Shown here one piece after another: positions 37,484-47,140 of a DNA stretch of 64,000 bases. Both the position numbers and the translations under genes were made by a program. The stretch lies in assembly GCA_045613925.1 (NCBI GenBank), contig JAZLBV010000007.1:11540-75539 (forward strand). Direction: 5' to 3'. How positions within the stretch are numbered: the stretch's first letter is position 1; each line of letters starts with the position of its first letter. Source of the DNA: Candidatus Enterousia sp. GTDB lineage: Bacteria; Pseudomonadota; Alphaproteobacteria; Rs-D84. Under the pieces are notes generated by a model that searched no databases, was not told the origin of the DNA, and saw nothing but the letters and a program-made list of their open reading frames with translations.

Positions 37484-38599
37484 ATGATTATACACAACGA
37501 TATTCAATTGGATTTTGACGATGTTTTAATTGCCCCACAAACAACTACTATAAACCACAGGGGCGAAGTTGATATTATTCGTAATTTTCAAAAAATTCCT
37601 TTGCGATGTGTGCCTATAATGTCTGCAAATATGACTCAAACAGGAACATTTGATATTGCACGCGAATTATTAAAAAATAAAATGTGCGCCACATTGCATA
37701 AGTTTTATAATGCAGAACAAATTATAGATTTTATTAATGATATTATTACAAATCCAGATAATAGCGCCGCGATTGATGATGATGGGCTTGAAAATAGTGT
37801 TGCCCTGGCGCGTCTTTTTGTAACGGTCGGTAAACGAAATTGGGAAAATGAATTAGAAAAACTATCAAAAATTGCTGAAAAAACGAACGCTGGGTTTAGT
37901 ATATTATTAGATGTACCGAACGCATATATCCCAGAAATTACCGATTGCGTAAAAACTTTGCGTGCAAAATATCCAACAAAAATTATTGCCGTGGGCAATG
38001 TATGTAGTGGGGATGAAACCCAAAAATTAATTCTGGCAGGTGCAAATTTGGTTAAGCAAGGTATCGGCCCCAGTTTGATTTGTATGACCCGCAATCAGAC
38101 GGGCTGTGGTCGACCACAATTGTCTGCGACCATAGATTGTGCAAACGCTGCACACCAGGTCGGCGGTTATGTTATCGTTGATGGTGGATTTAAGCAAAAT
38201 GGTGATTTTTGTAAGGCTTTTGTTGCGGGGGCTGATTTTTGTATGTCAGGCTCTATGTTTGTTGGATGTGAAGAATCAGATAGCAACAAGGTTGTTCGAT
38301 ATATAAAAACCGATGAAATCAATCCAGAAACCAAAGAAAATATTATTGAAGAAAAATATTATAAAGAATACTGGGGAATGAGCAGCTTTCGCGCACAACA
38401 GGCAAATTATGGCGAAACTACTAAATCCGGAACCAGTGAAGGCGTAGAAAGAAAACTTGTTCCGTTTACTGGTCCTATACGCGATACGATAAATGATATT
38501 TGTGGTGCCCTGCGCAGTTGTGGCAGTTATATCGGCGCAAAAAACATAAAAAACTTTAGTCGCCAAGGCATGTTTTATAAAGTTAACAGAATAAAATAA
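37484..38599 (+). CDS. IMP dehydrogenase/GMP reductase family protein (GuaC-like, no CBS pair)
   Basis: 'GIGPSLICMTRNQTGCGRPQLSA' (catalytic Cys loop) and 'VDGGFKQNGDFCKAFVAGADFCMSGSMF' are present. Confidence 0.72.
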   Translation: MIIHNDIQLDFDDVLIAPQTTTINHRGEVDIIRNFQKIPLRCVPIMSANMTQTGTFDIARELLKNKMCATLHKFYNAEQIIDFINDIITNPDNSAAIDDDGLENSVALARLFVTVGKRNWENELEKLSKIAEKTNAGFSILLDVPNAYIPEITDCVKTLRAKYPTKIIAVGNVCSGDETQKLILAGANLVKQGIGPSLICMTRNQTGCGRPQLSATIDCANAAHQVGGYVIVDGGFKQNGDFCKAFVAGADFCMSGSMFVGCEESDSNKVVRYIKTDEINPETKENIIEEKYYKEYWGMSSFRAQQANYGETTKSGTSEGVERKLVPFTGPIRDTINDICGALRSCGSYIGAKNIKNFSRQGMFYKVNRIK

Positions 38600-38627
38600 A
38601 AAAAACGGTCATATGACCGTTTTTTTA
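38598..38627. terminator. bidirectional terminator (guaC-like / amiC)
   Basis: A8, palindrome cggtcatatgaccg, then T7. Confidence 0.7.
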
Positions 38628-39806
38628 TACATCAAAATCATATGCATTTATAGATTTGACTATAGCGGCAACCAATTTGTTTTGGTGGTCGTCTGATTTC
38701 AAAAGATTTTCTTCTTTTTTGTTTGATAAATGCCCCAATTCTATCAGTGCCCCAGGTACAGTTGAACGTAACACCGCGAATGGTGCATGACGAACAGCTG
38801 GACCCTTTTGTTGTTCAATAGATGCACGATTTAAACTTTTTGCACAACCGTTAGCATACTCTTCGCTTAATTCCGCAACAGCGTGTTGTTGCAAAGCAGA
38901 CAGCGCGACACGAATATCTTTGGAAAACTGTTCAAATCCATCAACATCTATTTTATCAGCCGCGTTTTCAGAATCTGCAAGCTTTTGAGCTTCTTCGTCT
39001 GATGCCTTTTCAGACAATGTATAAATTGAAAATCCGCGCATATCCCGACTGGGGTTTGCATTTGCATGCAACGATATAAATAAATCAGCATGTTTTTTTT
39101 CTGCGATTTCGGCACGATCCGCCAATTTCAAATAAGTATCATTTGAACGTGTTAAAAATGTTTTGTATCCGTTAGCATCCAATTTAGATTTTAATTTTTT
39201 GGCAACTGATAAAACCACAGTTTTTTCCTTAGTACCACCACGTCCTATACAGCCCGGATCTTTGCCACCGTGGCCTGCATCTATTACAATTATATGTTGT
39301 TTAATATCTGATTCTTTTGCGGTTGGTTTTGATTCTTGCTTCTCAGCCTTTTGGGGCGATATTCCAGAATTAATACCAACCCCTGCCCCAGCGGCAAAAT
39401 CCAAAACCAATCTATAATCATTATCACCATTTGGTTCCAATACCATAATTTGATTTTTTTCGATTGCATCTATGGCGCCAGTCAACGTAGCAGAAATTTG
39501 CAATGTGGTTCCGTCTTGAATCTGGGTGACGCGCGATATCAAAGTACCATTTGCAAGTTTAGTATTTACATCGCTTTTGCCGTTGGTGTTTGACAAATTA
39601 ACAAACAATTGTTTTTCACCATAGGAAAGATTGTATGATGGACGCCCCGTAGTTTCAATAACCAGGCGCGTTTTTCCGCCAGGTTGCACCCCAGTGCGAA
39701 CTGATTTTAAAGAATTAGGTGCCGAAAACGCAACACGTGGCGATATCCCAACAACAAGCGCACTAAAACTAACTGTTTTTAAAAGTTGTCTTCTGGTGAT
39801 TTTCAT
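38625..39806 (-). CDS. amiC: N-acetylmuramoyl-L-alanine amidase (AmiC-like: Tat signal, AMIN domain, Amidase_3)
   Basis: It has the twin-arginine signal 'MKITRRQLLKT'. The AMIN-like N-domain is followed by 'IVIDAGHGGKDPG...SLHANA...ELGHLSN'. Confidence 0.88.
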   Translation of the reverse strand: MKITRRQLLKTVSFSALVVGISPRVAFSAPNSLKSVRTGVQPGGKTRLVIETTGRPSYNLSYGEKQLFVNLSNTNGKSDVNTKLANGTLISRVTQIQDGTTLQISATLTGAIDAIEKNQIMVLEPNGDNDYRLVLDFAAGAGVGINSGISPQKAEKQESKPTAKESDIKQHIIVIDAGHGGKDPGCIGRGGTKEKTVVLSVAKKLKSKLDANGYKTFLTRSNDTYLKLADRAEIAEKKHADLFISLHANANPSRDMRGFSIYTLSEKASDEEAQKLADSENAADKIDVDGFEQFSKDIRVALSALQQHAVAELSEEYANGCAKSLNRASIEQQKGPAVRHAPFAVLRSTVPGALIELGHLSNKKEENLLKSDDHQNKLVAAIVKSINAYDFDV

Positions 39807-39909
39807 AATGATGATTATACCAAAAAAACATTATTTTATCAAGTATGCTTATGATTTTTTTCTATATAAAAACCGCCTAAAAGGCGGTTATTTATATTTT
39901 TTATTTTTA

Positions 39910-41160
39910 TTATCTGCTTACACAATTTGCAAACGATTGTGCAACAACGGCAGATTCTGCGGGTGTCAAAGATGCAACAGGAACAGTATAACAACGCGCA
40001 CTGTCTCTTATAATGAATACTTTGGTTCCCAATTTATACGCACGTTGCATATTATCCATTTGACTGCTGCTTAAAAATGAATTCTGGGTCAAAGGATTAT
40101 TAGTCAACCCTGCCTGAACAACGTCGCGCGCGGTGTTATAATCATAAAGTTCAGACATTGAAGTGACCTGCATAAATATACTTTCATCTGCGGCGTACGG
40201 GCTTTCTTCCCTTGTATTCGTTGTTGGAAACGCCACATTTGTTAAAATTGCCGCTGCAGTTTGCAGATTGGTATTACCATTATTAGATGACACATGTGAA
40301 ACAGTATTTAACTGCAAATCATCACCACACGCCAAATTCATACGATTGGTATAACCTGCAAGCACAGAATCAACCGCAGCTTCCCAATTTTCACCCTTTG
40401 CATTAACATCAAGGCCAATTATCTTTTCTGCCCATCCCCAGATGTTCGCGCCAACATTGCCAGCATTAACAAAACGTGTCACCATTTCCGAAGACCCACC
40501 AGGAACCCCAGCACCACAATAATCTGTTAACTGTGATGTCAACATACTTGTTGTTTCGTTTCCATATGCCAACGCAACGGAATGACATGCCATAGCAGCT
40601 TCCAATTCACGACGACGTTGAACACACAAATCTGAATGAGATTTAGTCAATTTATCAGCCATATTTGCCATTGACAAATACGACATTAATTCCTGTTGCA
40701 CATATGCAGGACACAAACGTGCAGCAGTATTCATACCACCAGAGCCATTCTTGGTAATTGTGTTATATTGTGGTAATAAAATCGAAGTATCTTTCTGTAA
40801 ACACAACAATGCATAATTATACAATTCTGTTTCTGTAGCATACATACAACGCCCAGACGTTTTACCAGGAACAACCGTTACATCGCCACAATAGTCCGAC
40901 AAACATTTATAAATCTTCTGTCTGCATGCCGTATCAACATCTGGTTGAGTAATCATAAAATAAGTATTTTTCTGGTTTTGGATATACGCGTTCACCACAC
41001 CCTTTTGCCCACGTGTTCCCGCTGTAGACACACCAGCAGAATTAGTATAAACCGATGCACGCGCAGTATCTTTGCCAACCGTTCCTGCAGAAACACCAAA
41101 CGCCGTATTTCCGGCAAAAACAGCACACAAACATCCAATTACTGTAAAAATCTTGTTCAT
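39910..41160 (-). CDS. secreted cysteine-containing hypothetical protein (416 aa)
   Basis: It has a signal peptide ('VIGCLCAVFAGNTAFG') and many scattered Cys. No motif recognised. Confidence 0.55.
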   Translation of the reverse strand: MNKIFTVIGCLCAVFAGNTAFGVSAGTVGKDTARASVYTNSAGVSTAGTRGQKGVVNAYIQNQKNTYFMITQPDVDTACRQKIYKCLSDYCGDVTVVPGKTSGRCMYATETELYNYALLCLQKDTSILLPQYNTITKNGSGGMNTAARLCPAYVQQELMSYLSMANMADKLTKSHSDLCVQRRRELEAAMACHSVALAYGNETTSMLTSQLTDYCGAGVPGGSSEMVTRFVNAGNVGANIWGWAEKIIGLDVNAKGENWEAAVDSVLAGYTNRMNLACGDDLQLNTVSHVSSNNGNTNLQTAAAILTNVAFPTTNTREESPYAADESIFMQVTSMSELYDYNTARDVVQAGLTNNPLTQNSFLSSSQMDNMQRAYKLGTKVFIIRDSARCYTVPVASLTPAESAVVAQSFANCVSR

Positions 41161-41242
41161 TGAATATCCCTCTCGTTAGGGTTATTTTAACATATTTAGT
41201 ATAAAAACGCAATAAAACTTTCGCGTAAAAAATACAAAAAAG

Positions 41243-41270
41243 TTGATTTGAACAAAATTGCTGGTATATT
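41243..41270 (+). promoter_or_regulatory. putative prfB promoter (would give a leaderless or near-leaderless mRNA)
   Basis: TTGATT, 16 nt, TATATT. It ends 6 nt before ATG 41277. Confidence 0.35.
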
Positions 41271-41276
41271 TGTAGT

Positions 41277-42348
41277 ATGACTGTTGTTGACAACGAACTT
41301 TTGAATCAAATTTGGTACGACATTTCCGCCGTAAGGGGGTTTCTTTGACCCAATAAAAATTCAATCTGAAATTGATAAATTATCTGAAATTTCAAACACA
41401 CCCGATTTATGGGATAACCCGGATTATGCACGCGGAATTTTGCAGAAAAAATCCGGTTTTGAAAAGCAGTTGTCCGAATTAAATCATTTAGAAAGCGAAT
41501 ATAAAAATCTGGTTGAATTATACGAACTGTCGCCAGATGACAAAGATGTAAACGCTGCAATTTTGAACCTTAGCGATATGGCGCACAAGGCGAAGTTTAT
41601 AACACTTTTCCATAATCCTGCAGATAATAATGGTGCGTTTTTATTTATCCAAGCCGGTGCCGGTGGAACCGAAGCCCAAGATTGGGCGCAAATGTTGGCA
41701 CGTATGTATAATCGCTGGTGTGAAAGACACGGTTTTTCCATCGAAGTTGTCGAAGAACATATTGGCGATGTTGCGGGTATCAAAAGTGCAACATATAGAA
41801 TATCCGGTGAACGTGCGTATGGTTGGTTAAAAAATGAAATTGGTGTACACAGATTGGTTCGCATATCACCTTTTAATGCAAATGGAAAACGTCAAACTAG
41901 TTTTGCTTCTGTGGATGTGTGGCCCGATGTTGATGATTCCATAGAAATAGAAATTAATGACAAAGATTTAAGAATTGACACATACCGTGCATCTGGCGCA
42001 GGTGGGCAACATGTTAATAAAACTGATAGCGCTGTTCGGATTACCCACCTACCGACAAATACTGTTGTGACGTGTCAAAACGAACGCAGTCAAATTCAAA
42101 ACAAAGATATGGCTATGAAAATGTTGCGTGCAAAATTATATGAACTGGAATTGCAAAAACGCGCTGCAGAAGACGCCGAAGCCAAAGCAAATCAGAAAAA
42201 AATTGAATGGGGCAGTCAAATTCGCAACTATGTACTTTACCCGTACCAATTGGTTAAAGACGTCCGGACAAATGTTGAAAAAACAGATGCATCAGCCGTT
42301 CTGGATGGCGATTTAGATGATTTTATGCTGGCGATGTTGGCACAATAG
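41277..42348 (+). CDS. prfB: peptide chain release factor 2, requires programmed +1 frameshift at 41346
   Basis: Frame 0 reads MTVVDNELLNQIWYDISAVRGFL then TGA. The +1 frame continues DPIKIQSEIDKL...DLWDNP... into the 302-aa track ORF with 'SGAGGQHVNKTDSAVRITH' (GGQ). The total length is 3n+1. Confidence 0.92.
41334..41349 (+). other. RF2 recoding site: internal SD-like AGGGGG, then TTT CTT TGA C
   Basis: The sequence aggggg-ttt-ctt-tga-c matches the canonical prfB autoregulatory slippery site (CTT TGA C). Confidence 0.9.
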
Positions 42349-42385
42349 TATACGTAATAACACAAAAGGCCCAAACGGGTCGTTT

Positions 42386-42547
42386 TTTAATTGTTATGGC
42401 GCACCCAGCGGGATTCACTTGGTATAGATACCTGCGTGGCAACCGTGACGATTTTGGTGCGTTTACACTTCCAAAATCTACTTGTTGTCGAACCTAGGTT
42501 CAAATCCCGGGCTGACACAGATAAAAATAAAACCGGCATCTGTCCGG
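42386..42547 (-). repeat. tRNA-Arg 3'-associated unit: 131-bp insert plus a 31-bp duplicate of the tRNA 3' end
   Basis: 42386-42416 equals 42548-42578 with one mismatch (acceptor 3' strand, CCA and trailer). The insert carries AGGTTCGA (minus strand; + coordinates 42488-42495), two hairpins and the tRNA's own terminator (42528-42557). Confidence 0.75.
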
Positions 42548-42558
42548 TTTAATTTTTA

Positions 42559-42635
42559 TGGCGCACCCAGCGGGATTCGAACCTGCAATCTTCGGCTTCG
42601 GAGGCCGACGCATTATCCAGTTGTGCTATGGGTGC
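42559..42635 (-). tRNA. tRNA-Arg (anticodon CCG)
   Basis: The reverse complement folds with acceptor GCACCCA/TGGGTGC, anticodon stem TCGGC/GCCGA with loop CTCCGAA, T-loop TTCGAAT and encoded CCA. Confidence 0.9.
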
Positions 42636-43012
42636 GTGTTGCATATATTATATCATTTAATTTTGATTTTCAATATTTGTTTAGTTCATTATTTTCGTAA
42701 ACAAAAAGCGGGGCTTTTCAGCACCGCTATTTTATGAGAGAAAAAACGTGTATTTGATCACAATTTTGGTTGCAATCCATACCCTTGCAATACAAAACTT
42801 AGCGCATCAAAATCCAAAGTCAAGAAAAAATATCACTTTTATAATTTTTCTTGATTTTTAGGCTTAAAAACACTAGTTTTCTTTTGGTAAAAATGTTATA
42901 ATTTTTAAATAAATCGCACACCCAAAGATTTACTACAAATAAAGATGATTTCTTTATATGCAATGAATTGGCGGGTGTGCAAAACACAAACAAAACCAAA
43001 AGGATTTTTGAT

Positions 43013-44755
43013 ATGGTAAAAATCAAAGAAAATACATCGTCTGTGAATTCTGATACTGACGATGACAAGATTTATTTTATGGCGTTGGGCGGATTAGAAC
43101 ACGTCGGTCAAAATATGTATGTTTATAAATACCGCGGGAAATTTTTAATTGTCGATTGCGGTATGGGTTTTTTGGAAGAAGAATTTGGCGCCGGCGATGT
43201 TCAATATTGCGACACATCGTGGCTTGAAAAATACAAAAAAGACGTTGTTGCGTTTGTGATGACTCACGGACACGAAGACCACATTGGGGCATTAAAATAT
43301 ATTTGGCCGAAATTCAAAAAACCTATTTATTGTACTCGGTTTCCGGCAGAGATTTTACGTCGGACATTTGCAGGGCTTGAAATGGATTTTGATGCAGACA
43401 AAGACATTATTGAATTTGACAGCGGTGGCACAGAATTAAATCTGGATCCATTTGTTGTTGAAACATTCCACGTTTCACATTCTGTACCAGAAGCACAAAT
43501 GTTAATTATAAAAACCCCTGCGGGAAAGATTTTGCATACGGGGGATTGGACATTTAATGATGACAATCCGATTGAACCAGGCACTAATTATGCACGATTG
43601 GCGGAAATTGGGGCAGATCCGAAATTGTTGGCGTGTGTGTGTGATTCTACATCGGTGGAACGTCAAACACCACAGGTTACCGAAATTCAAGTTCGCGATG
43701 CATTGACTGAGATTATGCGGGATGCACCTGGGCGTGTGTTTGTGACGGGTTATTCGCGCAGTTTGGCGCGTATTAAAATGTTTGCAGATGCGGCACACGC
43801 TGCCGGCAGAGTTGCAGCAATTAAAGAACGCAGCAATCCAAATCCTGTGCCATATGTCGGTTTGCCTGAATTCCGTGAAATTGGTATCGCCGAAGGTTAT
43901 CTAGGCAAAGACGACGTATATTTACACGAAGAAATCAAAGATTTACCTGCGGAAAAACAGGCGATATTCCTGACCGGGTCCCAGGGTGAAAAATATTCTA
44001 TGCTGACGCGCCTTTGCCAGGGACACGTCAAAGAATTGAAATTGATGCCGACTGATACCGTGGTGTTCAGTTCGATTATTATTCCAGGACGCGAACAAGA
44101 CGTATCATTCCTGTATAATAAATTGGCACGGATGGGGATTAAAACGCATACTATTTACGATACGACAAATATTCACGCATCTGGACACGCTGGGCGGCCA
44201 GAATTTGAACGATTCTATGATATGGTGCATCCCCAGGTTTCAATTCCTATGCACGGCGAATACATATCTGAAATGTTAAATGGCAAAATGGCCATGGAAC
44301 GCGGGGGGGCAAAGTACGCCATGGTTGTTCACAATGGCGATGTAGTTGTGTTGGCTGATGGTGCAGAGCCATATATATCTGAATCTGTGCCGGTTGGATT
44401 TGTTGTTATGGAAGGTGAAACCGAACGCAGCGCCGATGACCAGGTTTATAAAAACCGCAAAAAGATTGCGACCAATGGTGCGATATTTGTCACCCTGCCC
44501 GTTGATAAACGCGGATTTTTAAAAGGCGTGCCAGAGGTTTCTAGTGCTGGTATTTTTGAGACTGATGAAACAGGTTTTATGAAACGTCAAATTCAAATAG
44601 AAATCACAAATGCGATTGATAATTTAACAAAAACCGAACGCAAAGACCAAAATAATCTTTATCGTGCGGTTCAGACAGCTGGGAACAAAGTTGTTCGTGC
44701 GGCATTGGGCGCAGACAAGAAACCGCAATATAATGTTCATTTTGTGATGAAATAA
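43013..44755 (+). CDS. rnj: ribonuclease J
   Basis: The metallo-beta-lactamase motif 'THGHEDHIGAL', a beta-CASP region and 'ASGHAGRPE' are present. ~580 aa. Confidence 0.9.
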   Translation: MVKIKENTSSVNSDTDDDKIYFMALGGLEHVGQNMYVYKYRGKFLIVDCGMGFLEEEFGAGDVQYCDTSWLEKYKKDVVAFVMTHGHEDHIGALKYIWPKFKKPIYCTRFPAEILRRTFAGLEMDFDADKDIIEFDSGGTELNLDPFVVETFHVSHSVPEAQMLIIKTPAGKILHTGDWTFNDDNPIEPGTNYARLAEIGADPKLLACVCDSTSVERQTPQVTEIQVRDALTEIMRDAPGRVFVTGYSRSLARIKMFADAAHAAGRVAAIKERSNPNPVPYVGLPEFREIGIAEGYLGKDDVYLHEEIKDLPAEKQAIFLTGSQGEKYSMLTRLCQGHVKELKLMPTDTVVFSSIIIPGREQDVSFLYNKLARMGIKTHTIYDTTNIHASGHAGRPEFERFYDMVHPQVSIPMHGEYISEMLNGKMAMERGGAKYAMVVHNGDVVVLADGAEPYISESVPVGFVVMEGETERSADDQVYKNRKKIATNGAIFVTLPVDKRGFLKGVPEVSSAGIFETDETGFMKRQIQIEITNAIDNLTKTERKDQNNLYRAVQTAGNKVVRAALGADKKPQYNVHFVMK

Positions 44756-44783
44756 TACCAATGCTGTTAGTTTTTAATCAAAG

Positions 44784-44807
44784 AACCGCCGATTTCGGCG
44801 GTTTTTT
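44784..44807 (+). terminator. intrinsic terminator after rnj
   Basis: Hairpin accgccg-attt-cggcggt followed by T6. Confidence 0.7.
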
Positions 44808-44938
44808 GTTTTCAAAGAGTAAAAAACAAAACTATAGGGAGGGGGCAAGGAACACGTTGTAAGGAAATACAATCATTTTTACGAGAAAGCCCCCATTTGC
44901 GTGGTGTTGGGTAAAAAAATCTTGAACATATAATATTC

Positions 44939-45505
44939 TTATTCCCCGACATCCACCGTATCATCATAGACTGAATACGTTTGTCCGCCGTATTGCAGTT
45001 TTAATTTACGTTCTGTGTCAGAATGCATTGATACATCCGTTGTTGTCATATTGCCATAGAATATGTCATCGCCAACCTTAACGTGTAATGCCGGCGTAGT
45101 CTTTTTAACAGAACGCAGATACACAACATTATCGCCGATGTGCAATATGCGGCCACAAGATGCTAATTCGTGCATACCCGCGGGTGAATACCAAGAATTC
45201 GGGCATTCCATTATTCCCTGGGGTGCCTCTTCGTTGTATTGAAATGCGCCACCGACACAATAATTATCGTTTGGGCAAATGGTGCAACCTTCGGCACCAG
45301 CGGGCAGATAATACCCCGGATCACAAACATATGTAGCCAATTCAAATCGCGGAACAAGGTTTGCTGTGCCTGATGCGGCGCCAAGATTCAAAATATTACA
45401 GCCGCCAACTATGAATGTGTCGTTCATAATCAAATTCGCATCATCTGCGAACGCAGTCGCAGAAGATACGATTATCATAAACATCCATATTAAAATCTTG
45501 TTCAT
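44939..45505 (-). CDS. secreted cysteine-repeat protein (188 aa)
   Basis: It has a signal peptide and one copy of the module 'YVCDPGYYLPAGAEGCTICPNDNYCVGGAFQYNEE'. Confidence 0.6.
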   Translation of the reverse strand: MNKILIWMFMIIVSSATAFADDANLIMNDTFIVGGCNILNLGAASGTANLVPRFELATYVCDPGYYLPAGAEGCTICPNDNYCVGGAFQYNEEAPQGIMECPNSWYSPAGMHELASCGRILHIGDNVVYLRSVKKTTPALHVKVGDDIFYGNMTTTDVSMHSDTERKLKLQYGGQTYSVYDDTVDVGE

Positions 45506-45537
45506 TTTAATTCTCTGTATTTTTCTCTCAACTTGTT

Positions 45538-46188
45538 TTATTCAAATATCCAACCAGTGAACACGTGGCCCCGTTTAGTAGGTATGGTTGACGGAACGGT
45601 AAAGGTTTCGCCATATGTGCAAGATTCAGAACCCCCACCGTCGCCATAAGTTATAGTGATTGTGTTCGCATCGCAGTGCGCCAAGACATTGCCAGACGTC
45701 GCGACATAGCTATATCCGCTATTACATTGAATACCATTATCAGTTGTTTCATTAAATGTATACGTTCCGCCGGGACAATATGAATTTGCCGGACAGATAA
45801 CACAACCGTCGCGATTTGCCGGCAGATAATAACCGGCAGAACATGTGTATTGATTTAGAACAAATTGTGCGACCAATCTATGTGTAAAATTAGATGCACA
45901 GGCATTTGTTATATTTTGTGTTATTGTTCCAGACGAATTCAAACCGCTGTTTTTTGTTTCGTTAAACGTATACGTTCCACCAGCACAAGAAAGCCCAGAC
46001 GGACACGCGGAGCAAGTGATGGCATTCGCAGGCAAGAAATAACCCGAATTACATGTGTATTGAGCGGGGCTAAATTTAGCATTTAAAATTTCATAAACGC
46101 CACATGCACCGGTGATATTGGTATCATAAACAACACCAAATACCGGGGATATAAACAGTATAAAAAATAAAAACAATATTTTTTTCAT
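45538..46188 (-). CDS. secreted cysteine-repeat protein (216 aa)
   Basis: It has a signal peptide and two copies of 'Y.C..GY(Y/F)LPA....C..CP....C.GGTYTFNET'. The C-terminal 'RGHVFTGWIFE' resembles the Listeria-Bacteroides (Flg_new) repeat. Confidence 0.6.
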   Translation of the reverse strand: MKKILFLFFILFISPVFGVVYDTNITGACGVYEILNAKFSPAQYTCNSGYFLPANAITCSACPSGLSCAGGTYTFNETKNSGLNSSGTITQNITNACASNFTHRLVAQFVLNQYTCSAGYYLPANRDGCVICPANSYCPGGTYTFNETTDNGIQCNSGYSYVATSGNVLAHCDANTITITYGDGGGSESCTYGETFTVPSTIPTKRGHVFTGWIFE

Positions 46189-46207
46189 TTTCTATTCACC
46201 GTATTTA

Positions 46208-46855
46208 TCAATTTGAACCATAAAGGCCGGCGCGAAAGGACGAGGTGCCCAGGACGCGGCTGCTACAGTAGTACGTGCAACCCGACGCACATTCGGACGT
46301 AGAGTCGTGCGAGTGGCGGAACACCCACAACGAAACCGGTGAGTAATATAACATGTTTTCACCATCGGGTGTAAAGCCCGTCGCGCGACACCAACATTCT
46401 ATGCCGGCCGTATCCACTGGGTTCCCAGCTTTCGCCAAGGTACCCGTTGTGGTTGAACATTTCGAATCGCCGTACACGGTGCCATAGCTGAATTCGGTTT
46501 TCCAATGCCCGGCGGTTAAATCTGAATAATTAGAATCTGAACAACTCATTGTGGAAGATAATGACATACTGGCGATTCGATAATAACAAGTGCCTGAATT
46601 AGTAATTGCATAATACACTTCACCATTTGTAGATGTATTCAACGTTGATAGATTATATGTACCGTCCGTCCATCCGGTAAATGTATACCCATATTTGGTC
46701 GGTGCGGTTGGCAAATTTATATCACCACCCGTTTGACATGTTGTAGTGTCATAAAGGGAATTATCCACGTACCATTTCACCGTTTCCGTGTCCGCCAGGG
46801 ATATGCCCAAAAATCCAGAATATATTATTGATGCCGAGATTAAAAATTTTCGCAT
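46208..46855 (-). CDS. secreted cysteine-rich protein (215 aa) with a 'YGYTFTGW' repeat
   Basis: It has a signal peptide, and AAAGGGGAGA lies upstream. 'PTKYGYTFTGWTDG' is Flg_new-like. The 3' third is strongly G+C-rich. Confidence 0.6.
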   Translation of the reverse strand: MRKFLISASIIYSGFLGISLADTETVKWYVDNSLYDTTTCQTGGDINLPTAPTKYGYTFTGWTDGTYNLSTLNTSTNGEVYYAITNSGTCYYRIASMSLSSTMSCSDSNYSDLTAGHWKTEFSYGTVYGDSKCSTTTGTLAKAGNPVDTAGIECWCRATGFTPDGENMLYYSPVSLWVFRHSHDSTSECASGCTYYCSSRVLGTSSFRAGLYGSN

Positions 46856-46914
46856 GTGTGTGTTCTCCCCTTTCTTTGCCTTGCATAAATTTTTTCTGAA
46901 ATAAATGGAGAATT

Positions 46915-47140
46915 AAAAAACCGCCGATTCGAATCTGGCGGTCGGGGAGTTAGCAAATCAACAAGCGAATGATTCCGTGGCTTTCGGGTTGTCCCCTGTT
47001 CTATGACACACGACCCCCCGACCAATTTTCTAGCCGGGGATGGTTACGATGCAAAAAGCATCACAAACATCGGATTACGATGCTTTTGCACCGCGCTTAT
47101 CGAGCCTGCTACAGCCCCGAACCAAATTCCCATTTAGTTC
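46915..47140 (-). promoter_or_regulatory. structured 5' leader with intrinsic terminator (riboswitch/attenuator-like), copy B
   Basis: On the minus strand there is a long hairpin gcaaaagcatc/gatgctttttgc. Then comes ttggtcgggggg...ctaactccccgacc, then the terminator ccgcc-agattcgaatc-ggcgg plus T6, ~60 nt before the 46855 start. The 3' ~110 nt is homologous to 8289-8386. Confidence 0.4.

Noticed and set aside
42700-43012. Hairpin 'gcggggc-ttttca-gcaccgc' with T-runs on both sides, plus an extended -10 (TGTTATAAT) ~100 nt upstream of rnj. I considered a small RNA or an rnj autoregulatory 5' UTR.
   Set aside because: The evidence is limited to one imperfect hairpin and one -10 element. I cannot define a transcript or a conserved structure from this single sequence.
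46915-47140. The minus-strand RNA begins near 'GGGGCTGTAGCAGGCTCGA...' and contains 'gattcgaatc', which superficially resembles a tmRNA 5' end and T-loop.
   Set aside because: No 3' acceptor strand complementary to GGGGCTG and no CCA end is present. The 'T-loop-like' sequence is the loop of a terminator hairpin (ccgcc...ggcgg plus a T-run). No tag reading frame is evident. Its position and homology to 8289-8386 fit a cis-acting leader better.
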